Below are positions 57,500 to 64,000 of a DNA stretch of 64,000 nucleotides, piece by piece. Numbering within the stretch: the first letter of the stretch is position 1; each line of letters opens with the position of its first letter. The DNA is from an uncultured beta proteobacterium (GTDB taxonomy: Bacteria; Pseudomonadota; Gammaproteobacteria; Burkholderiales; Casimicrobiaceae), in the NCBI GenBank assembly GCA_963747265.1, contig CAVVEH010000003.1, positions 285,377 through 349,376 on the forward strand, written 5' to 3'. The translations under genes and the position numbers were made by a program. The notes beneath the pieces were generated by a model. It was not told the DNA's origin. It saw only the letters and a list, made by a program, of their open reading frames with translations, and ran no database searches.

Positions 57500-59501
57500 A
57501 TGGCCGTCACCTCGTTCCCGGAAGCGTTGCCGGCACTTTCGCGGCTGCACTGGTACGTGGTCGAGCGCGTGCTGGGCCAGGGCGGATTCGGCATTACCTA
57601 CCTCGCGAAGGACACCAACCTCGATCAGGCGGTCGCGATCAAGGAGTACCTGCCGGCAGACGTCGCGACCCGGATGTCGGATGCGACGATCCGCTCCCGG
57701 ACCGAGGACCTCCGGGACCGCTATCGCTGGGGCCTGGAGCGCTTCATCCAGGAAGCGCGCACGTTGGCGCGGTTCGACCATCCGAACATCGTTCACGTGA
57801 AATCGGTGTTCGAGTACAACAACACCGCGTACATGGTGATGCGGTTCGAGAAGGGGATGACGCTGTCCGCCTTGCTCGATCGCCGAAGCACGCTGCCCGA
57901 GCGCGAACTGCAGCGGATCCTGCTGCCGATCCTCGACGGCCTTGAGCTCGTGCACAACGCGGGGTTCATCCACCGCGACATCAAGCCCGACAACATCCAC
58001 ATCGACGCTGATGGCAACCCGGTGCTGCTCGACTTCGGGTCGGCTCGCCAGTCGGTAGACAGCGCGCACACGCTGACGATTCTGATCGCGCCGGGCTACG
58101 CGCCGTTCGAACAGTACTACAGCGACAGAACGAACCAGGGGCCGTGGACCGACATCTACGCGCTCGGGGCCACGTGCTACCGCGCGATCGCGGGACGCCC
58201 GCCGATGGATGCGGTATCGCGGAGCAAGGGCGTTCTGGGCAGCGCCCACGAGATGATGGTTTCCGCCAGCGTGATCGGCGCCGGCCGCTACTCCGCCCCT
58301 TTCCTCGCGGCCGTCGATCACGCGCTCGAGTTCGCGGAGAAGGACCGGCCGCAATCCATCGGGGAATGGCGCCGGGAATTGATCGTGGGCCACACCCGGC
58401 CCGCGGCGGTGACGGAAAGGTCGCCCGCGCTGCCGTCTCCAGAGACTCCGACAACGGTTGCGCGAGACACGGCGGACCCCGCGATGCGCCGCACAACGGG
58501 CGATGAACGCCGGATGACCTCCGACCCTCCGGCGCAGCCGCGCGATGCCGGGGAGAGGCGCAGGGCGAGCGCCGCCGGACCCTTGCTCGGTGCGTTTGCC
58601 GGAGCCCTCATCGTGGCGGTCGGCGTCGGTGCGTATGTGGCCTTCACTCAGCGCAGCGAACCCCCTGTCCCAACCCCGCCGCAGCGCCAGGACACGGACC
58701 GCGCAAACGCCGAGCGGGCAGCGAAGCAAAAGGCCGACGACGACGCGCAAACAAAGGCACAAGACGCGCAGCGCGCGGCGGAGCTGGCGACGAATGCAGT
58801 GCCTGCATCGGCTAACAAGCCCGAGATCGTGGCCAAGTCGCCACCGGAAGAGAAAAAGCCACGCGAGTTGCCTTCGATCAAGCCGCCCGCCAAGGAAGAC
58901 GCGAAGATCAAGCCGCCCGCCCCCACCGTTGTTCGCAGCCCGCCGCCGGCGTCGGCGCCACCGATTGCATCCAGCCCGGCGCCACGCGACGCAACGACGG
59001 CGCCGGTTGCCGGCGCCCGCGCCTGCGCCAACGCCGGCAAGCATGCCCGAGGCCGCCAAGCCTGCGGCGCTCCCGACAGCCGACGGCCAGATTGCCAACG
59101 CGGATCACAAGACCGTCGCGAATCAAGACACCGAGTGGTTGGACACCCAGAAGCGGCTCGCCGATGGTGGCGACAAGAATGCCCAGTTGCGCCTCGGCAA
59201 TGCGTACTTCGAGGGGCAGGGCGTCAAGCGCGACTACACTGCGGCGGCGGTCTGGTACAGGAAAGCAGCGCTGCAGTGCGACATCGACGCGGAAAGGAAG
59301 CTTGCAGCCATGTACGCGAGCGGGGTGGGCGGGGACCGCGACAACAACCTCGCCTACTTTTGGTATGGCATGGCCGCGCGCCTCGGATCTGCGGCCGCCA
59401 AGCCGGAGGCGGAAAAGGTGGCCGCGTCACTGCAGCCGGCAGAGCGCCAGCAGGCCGATCGGATGATCGACCGCAACGCTTGCATGGCGAAGGCGCAATG
59501 A
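57500..59501 (+). CDS. Hanks-type Ser/Thr protein kinase with TM helix, Pro/Ala/Lys-rich linker and C-terminal Sel1-like repeats (frameshift near 59025)
   Basis: LGQGGFGITY, VAIKE, HRDIKPDN, DFG, GYAPFEQ; TM LLGAFAGALIVAVGVGAYVAF; AQLRLGNAYFEGQGVKRDY..A..WYRKAA. Confidence 0.88.
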
Positions 59502-60148
59502 GTTCACTCCGGGAAGGAGCGACCGTGGCGATTGCGGCATCTGGGGGAATTGCCCGGCGCGGCCGGGTCGCCGCATGGCTGGTGGCAGCGCTGGTGCTGG
59601 CTGGATGTGTGAGTCAGGACACCAAACGCGAAGCGATCGACGACATCAACGCGGCCTTCAAGGCCGAATACGAGGCCAATCTCAGCAAGGACGGAAGGCG
59701 GGTGGTCAACGCCAGTCCGGGCAGTGCATTCGACGCCACCAACGCCACGCTGGTGAGCCTGGGAATGGTGATCAAGCGCCAGGTTCGCGAGTTGGGCTAC
59801 ATCCAGGCCGAAGCGCCGGCGCCGCTGCCACTGACCGGCGCCGAATGGGATCGCGCGACCGCGGTCGACCTGCCCAAGGCGAGGGAAATTCTGCGGCGGC
59901 ATCTTGGCATGCTGGCCGAGCTTTTCAATTTTGACCCGAAGGGAGTCGACACGATCATTACCGCGACGATATCGGAAGAGCGCGGAGGGGCGGAAGTCTC
60001 GCTGACGATGCGGTTGCGCGAAGTGGCCCCGCCCACGTCGGATCTTCCACGTCGCGACTATCCGCCGCCCACCGCGCTCAAGGTCGGGCTGGAAAAGATC
60101 TGGGGCAAGCTCGAACAGGAATTACGGGCTTCGCCGCGCAAGTCATGA
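59498..60148 (+). CDS. Hypothetical lipoprotein
   Basis: ATGA overlap with kinase stop; RRGR-hydrophobic-LAGC lipobox. Confidence 0.7.
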   Translation: MSSLREGATVAIAASGGIARRGRVAAWLVAALVLAGCVSQDTKREAIDDINAAFKAEYEANLSKDGRRVVNASPGSAFDATNATLVSLGMVIKRQVRELGYIQAEAPAPLPLTGAEWDRATAVDLPKAREILRRHLGMLAELFNFDPKGVDTIITATISEERGGAEVSLTMRLREVAPPTSDLPRRDYPPPTALKVGLEKIWGKLEQELRASPRKS

Positions 60149-60169
60149 CGCGCCTTGCGATCGACGGCT

Positions 60170-63100
60170 TCAAGCCGAGCGAAGGCTCGCGTAGAGCGAC
60201 TGAGTCTCTGCCGACGGCATGATCTTGAGTTGGGTCGCAAGGACTGTCCGCAATCGCTCGTAGGTGGCAAGCGCCTCGATCGTCGCGCCGCCTCGCTGGT
60301 AGCACTGCATGAGTTGCCGGTACAGCGGCTCGTAAAGCGCATCGGCCTCGATGAAGCGCAGATAGCAGTCGGCCGCCTTGTCGGAGGCACCGGCCTCCTC
60401 GTAGCCCCGCGCGACATGCGCGAGGAAACGCAGCAGCCTGGCCCGCAGCTGTTCCCGGCAAGCAATGTAGGCGGGCTGTTCCGACTCGTCAGGCAGGAAG
60501 GGTGCGCGGTAGAGCGCCAGCACATCCTCGGTGAACTTCTGCCGCATTGCCACGCCGCCGTCGCCATCCGGTTCGCGCTTTGCAACGTCGAAGGTGTCGA
60601 ACAATTGCTCCAGCGCCCAAGTGTCCACCCAGACGAGTGCCTTGTTCAGCGTAAGCCGGCCGTCGCGCAGAACCAGCGCGTCGTCGTCTTCGAGCAGCCG
60701 GCGCAAGCGATGGAGCGTGGCCGTGAACGACTTGTACGCGAAGTCCGCCTCCATGTTCGGCCACAGCGCATCGGCGAGCTTGTCGGCGCGGACGTTGTGG
60801 CAGCCGAGCGCGACCAGTACCTTGAGGAGCTCCATCGGGCGTCCGGGGCCTTTGGCGGAGAGCTCGATGGGCACATCGTTGCGCAGGCACTGGAAATCGC
60901 CGCAGGTCACGATACGGAATGCCCAGGGCCACCCGCGCACCAGCAACGGCGGCGTGTGGGGCGCGAGCCGCCCCTCGCGCACCAGCGTCCGCGCGAAATC
61001 GGGCTCGACCTGCGCGTCCAGCGCCATCGCGCACAACTCGGCCAATGCTTGCGCTTGCGAGCCCGGTGGCGGCCGGAAGCCATGCTCATGTCCTGACCGG
61101 AAGGCGGCACCAATGGCATCGAGCGCAGCCTGCGTGTCGCCGACATTGCGCGCTGCCATGCCGGATGCCAGTTGCACGCCAAAGCGCAGCCACGGACTTC
61201 GCGAACGCTCCGCGATGGCCTCCGCTGCGCGTACCTGCGCCTCGACGCCGCGGCGATCGGTGCCTGTCGTAGGCAATTGTGCGAGCGTGATGCGTGCCAG
61301 GCATTCGAACCACGGAATCCCTGTCTCGATCGCCACGGCGAGCGCCATCTTGGCGTCGCGGTGCGCGGGTACGACATCGCCTTCGAGGGCGGCGAACCAG
61401 GAGCGGAGGAAATGCACGCTTGCACGATCGGCCCTACGCAATCGCGCGCCTTCGCCTTCGAACAGTTCGAGGTCGCGTTGGGCGGCCGAGCGATCACCCG
61501 CGGAAAGGCTCGCCACCATGGCGATGACGCGCAGCCATGCGTCATAGGCGTGAATGCCTTCGGCGGCGGCCGTCTCCAGCGCTTCCCGGGCGAGGCGAGA
61601 GGCCTCGGCGTACGCTCCACTGGCGAGATTGCTCAACGCGCCGCCGATGGCCAGCGCGAGGCAGGTACCCAAGGGCAAATCGGTGGCACGGGCGCGCAAG
61701 CCATCGATCACGCTGCCTGCCGCGGCAAAATTTCCGCGCGCGAGCAACGCCATCGCTTGCGCCAGCGCCAATTCCGCCGTCGCGGCTTCGGGCTCCCGGC
61801 CGGCGCCATCTGCCGGAACACAGCGCCCGGCCCAGTCGAGCCAACTATCGACTCGTGTGTTCCCCGGATCGCGCAGAAGCGTTCCGCGTAACAGCGTCGC
61901 GACCGCGGCCGCGTCAATCGGCGCTGAGGACTGCTGACCGCCCGGCGTGAGCAGGCCGTGGAGTGCGTCGAGCCACGAATCGAGGGACGTGACGTCGTCG
62001 TATTCGAGGACGATCGCGTCGATGATGCCGCAGCAGCAGCGCGACATGCCCGTGCTGTCGCCTGCGTTTCGAAAACCCTCAAACGCCCGCTCGAACAGTT
62101 GGCGTGCCGCGCGTGGACTCGCGTGCGCGCGCGCCAGAGCCGACACGCGCAGCAGGCCGGGACTCGCGGCAACCACTTGGGAGGGCAGGATGTCCAGCCA
62201 CGCTGCGAGCGTCGCGCTGCGTCCCTGCGCGAGCAGCGCATCGCCTGCCGCCAGGACGATGCGGGCGGCCTCTTCCCAGGCTTTCGTTTCCATCAGCAGC
62301 GCGATGGCATCCTCGGTGTGTCCGGCGTCGTGCAACAGCAGCGCTGCGCGTTGCAGCCACGCGATCCCCACGGCCTCCGGCAGCGTCCGGACGGCGCGTT
62401 TGCGCAGGAATTCGCGCAGCAGCGGATGCAGCTGATACACGCGGCCCGCGTCCGAGGACACGTCGCGCACGAAATAATCGTTCCGCGCAAGATTGATGAG
62501 GATCCGCTCGGCCTTCGGCTCGCGCGACAGTGCTTCGGCGACTTCCGCGGTCATTCGCGGCAGGCAGGCGACCCGCAGCAGGAATTCGCGGGTCTCGGCT
62601 TCGAAGTGGTCGAAGATTTCGCCGGCAAGGTAGTCGAAGATCACCTGCGGAGTCGCATCGCCCGGCAAGTCCGCCATGCGGCCCGAGAACTTCGAGTGCT
62701 CCAGCATCAGGACGAGCCCGGCCGCCCACCCCTGGGTCCGCTCGAATAGCTTGACGGCGGCGTCCGGTGAAACCGCCTGGCCGCGGCGTGCGGCAATCGC
62801 GACGATTTCGTCGGGCTCGACGCGAAGATCCTGGCCGTTCACGCAGCACACCTGGCCGGCGGCGCGCATCCGCGCGAGTGACGCCGCGGGTTCGCCGCGG
62901 CTGGTCACGATCACGCAGCATTCCTTGGGCACCTGCGACAGACCCGCCTCGAGCGCGACATGTAGTTCACTGTCGGGCGGTATCACGTGCAGGTTGTCGA
63001 GCACCAGCGCAAGCGGGCCGCGCACTCCCGCGAAGAACTGCCGGAAGAATTTGCGCGCGAAGGACGCGATGTCATCGGCATGTTGCGGCGTGAACGCGGG

Positions 63101-63394
63101 GAGATCGCGCGCGCCATGCAACTTGCGCGCCGCATGGCAGAGGTAGTGGAAGAAAGTGGCGGGGTCGGCGTCATCCGGGTCGATCTGATACCAGACCGAC
63201 TGCAGCCGGCGCGCCTGGACATAGCTCGCGGCAAGCGTCGTCTTGCCCGCTCCCGGTGGGCCCGAAATCCACACAACGGTTCGTCCCGCGGGCGAGTCGA
63301 GGCGCGCGAATAGCGGTTGCCGGTCAACCACCGAGCCGATGGTTGGTCGCGTGGTTTTCGCGAACGCGATGTCGGAGCGACCCGCCCTGGGCAT
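60170..63394 (-). CDS. MalT-type STAND ATPase regulator with helical repeats and C-terminal OmpR-like wHTH plus BTAD (SARP) domain
   Basis: GPPGAGKTT, LVLDNLH, RTQGWAAGL, YQLHPLLREFL; ELLKVL..ADALWP..TLHRLRRLL; VDTWALE, LYRAPFL, EPLYRQLM, PSAET; GGAGGA RBS before ATG 63394. Confidence 0.87.
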   Translation of the reverse strand: MPRAGRSDIAFAKTTRPTIGSVVDRQPLFARLDSPAGRTVVWISGPPGAGKTTLAASYVQARRLQSVWYQIDPDDADPATFFHYLCHAARKLHGARDLPAFTPQHADDIASFARKFFRQFFAGVRGPLALVLDNLHVIPPDSELHVALEAGLSQVPKECCVIVTSRGEPAASLARMRAAGQVCCVNGQDLRVEPDEIVAIAARRGQAVSPDAAVKLFERTQGWAAGLVLMLEHSKFSGRMADLPGDATPQVIFDYLAGEIFDHFEAETREFLLRVACLPRMTAEVAEALSREPKAERILINLARNDYFVRDVSSDAGRVYQLHPLLREFLRKRAVRTLPEAVGIAWLQRAALLLHDAGHTEDAIALLMETKAWEEAARIVLAAGDALLAQGRSATLAAWLDILPSQVVAASPGLLRVSALARAHASPRAARQLFERAFEGFRNAGDSTGMSRCCCGIIDAIVLEYDDVTSLDSWLDALHGLLTPGGQQSSAPIDAAAVATLLRGTLLRDPGNTRVDSWLDWAGRCVPADGAGREPEAATAELALAQAMALLARGNFAAAGSVIDGLRARATDLPLGTCLALAIGGALSNLASGAYAEASRLAREALETAAAEGIHAYDAWLRVIAMVASLSAGDRSAAQRDLELFEGEGARLRRADRASVHFLRSWFAALEGDVVPAHRDAKMALAVAIETGIPWFECLARITLAQLPTTGTDRRGVEAQVRAAEAIAERSRSPWLRFGVQLASGMAARNVGDTQAALDAIGAAFRSGHEHGFRPPPGSQAQALAELCAMALDAQVEPDFARTLVREGRLAPHTPPLLVRGWPWAFRIVTCGDFQCLRNDVPIELSAKGPGRPMELLKVLVALGCHNVRADKLADALWPNMEADFAYKSFTATLHRLRRLLEDDDALVLRDGRLTLNKALVWVDTWALEQLFDTFDVAKREPDGDGGVAMRQKFTEDVLALYRAPFLPDESEQPAYIACREQLRARLLRFLAHVARGYEEAGASDKAADCYLRFIEADALYEPLYRQLMQCYQRGGATIEALATYERLRTVLATQLKIMPSAETQSLYASLRSA

Positions 63395-63488
63395 GGTGTC
63401 CCGATCCTCCTGCAGCCATCTTCTCACGCCATCGCCTCCGCTCGAAAGGTCGCCGCGACCGTGTTCCGGCCATTCTCGGACGACGGCC

Positions 63489-63506
63489 GTTACAGAAGGC
63501 TTACAG
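63489..63506 (-). promoter_or_regulatory. Tandem TGTAA(G/C) box facing the STAND-BTAD gene
   Basis: Minus strand CTGTAAG-cctt-CTGTAAC, 11-bp period. Confidence 0.55.
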
Positions 63507-63574
63507 GTGAGCGCTCAGGACGGTGTTCGGCGGCCGGGGGAGCCTTTAGTCAATCCGCCCGCGTTGGCAGCGAT

Positions 63575-63596
63575 CCGTAAGCCATGTGTAAGTCAT
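63575..63596 (+). promoter_or_regulatory. Tandem GTAAG box facing the divergent lipoprotein gene
   Basis: CCGTAAGCCAT-GTGTAAGTCAT, 11-bp period. Confidence 0.55.
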
Positions 63597-63758
63597 CTGC
63601 AATTCGCCGGGCCGCAGCATGACCCCCATGCAAACGCGAACTGGATCAGACGACCGCAACCAGAGCGGATTGCAGACAGGGAGCGGCATCAAGCGCTCTC
63701 GGTTGTGAAGCGGCAGCAGCGGTCATTGGGCATGTGCCCGCAAACAGGAGCATCCGTC

Positions 63759-64000
63759 ATGGTCACCAATTCACTGCGTAGAGCGTCCATTGGCCTGCTG
63801 GTCGCCGCCGGCGTCAGCGGCTGCGTCGTGGTTCCGGTGGGACCCGACGGCACGCCGATGTATCCCGGAGTTCCCGCGTCGGTATACCCAGCACTTGCAT
63901 TACCTGTTCCCGCCGTACAAGTCCCGGGGCCTTATTTCCCGGCACCGGTTCCTGGCCGCAGCGACCGAGGTGCGATGCCGGCGCCGGTTTACCCGCCGCC
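63759..64000 (+). CDS. Proline-rich lipoprotein, partial (runs off window; absent from ORF track)
   Basis: CAGGAG RBS; MVTNSLRRASIGLLVAAGVSG-C lipobox then VVVPVGPDG...PAPVYPP with no stop. Confidence 0.72.
   Translation, partial: MVTNSLRRASIGLLVAAGVSGCVVVPVGPDGTPMYPGVPASVYPALALPVPAVQVPGPYFPAPVPGRSDRGAMPAPVYPP

Noticed and set aside
57377-60148. 923-aa kinase-lipoprotein fusion shown in the ORF track
   Set aside because: Sel1 repeats are in another frame from about 59025 and end with an ATGA overlap onto a lipoprotein with its own signal peptide; a single indel explains it and no slippery site is apparent.
60170-63394. STAND NTPase as an anti-phage (Avs/NLR-like) system
   Set aside because: It carries a DNA-binding wHTH-BTAD output rather than a nuclease, TIR or SIR2 effector, and no defence genes are adjacent in the window.

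Overview
High-GC betaproteobacterial (Burkholderiales/Nitrosomonadales-like, inferred from gene order) chromosomal segment. Single-base indels cluster at about 4.7-19.2, 25.8-30.5 and 48.7-59 kb and are most likely assembly errors. Gene order: prpE (partial), M48 peptidase, class-3 asparaginase, rpoE-rseA-rseB-degP-glutaredoxin, lepA-lepB-DUF4845-rnc-era-recO-pdxJ-nagZ, iclR-like regulator with aapJQMP, an extended aminophosphonate locus (phnR-phnA-phnY-Na/Pi transporter-PhnZ-like HD oxygenase-EamA-DMGDH/sarcosine dehydrogenase-like gene, divergent from a 2-AEP ABC transporter and phnW), NUDIX, HAD, folD, a four-gene glycosylation islet bracketed by a duplicated folD 3' end, a gamma-glutamylation amine-catabolism operon, divergent gnd-gntK-metC, a Liv-type ABC transporter, a single-chain NfnB-NfnA-like flavo-Fe-S protein, and a signalling module (membrane Ser/Thr kinase with Sel1 repeats, lipoprotein, MalT-type STAND ATPase with C-terminal wHTH-BTAD, paired 11-bp-period boxes, divergent Pro-rich lipoprotein). 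The best candidates for undescribed biology are a branch degrading N-methylated (hydroxy)aminoethylphosphonates and an AfsK/AfsR-like kinase-STAND circuit. No rRNA, tRNA, CRISPR array or IS element was recognised. All family calls come from motif recognition by eye; no searches were run.
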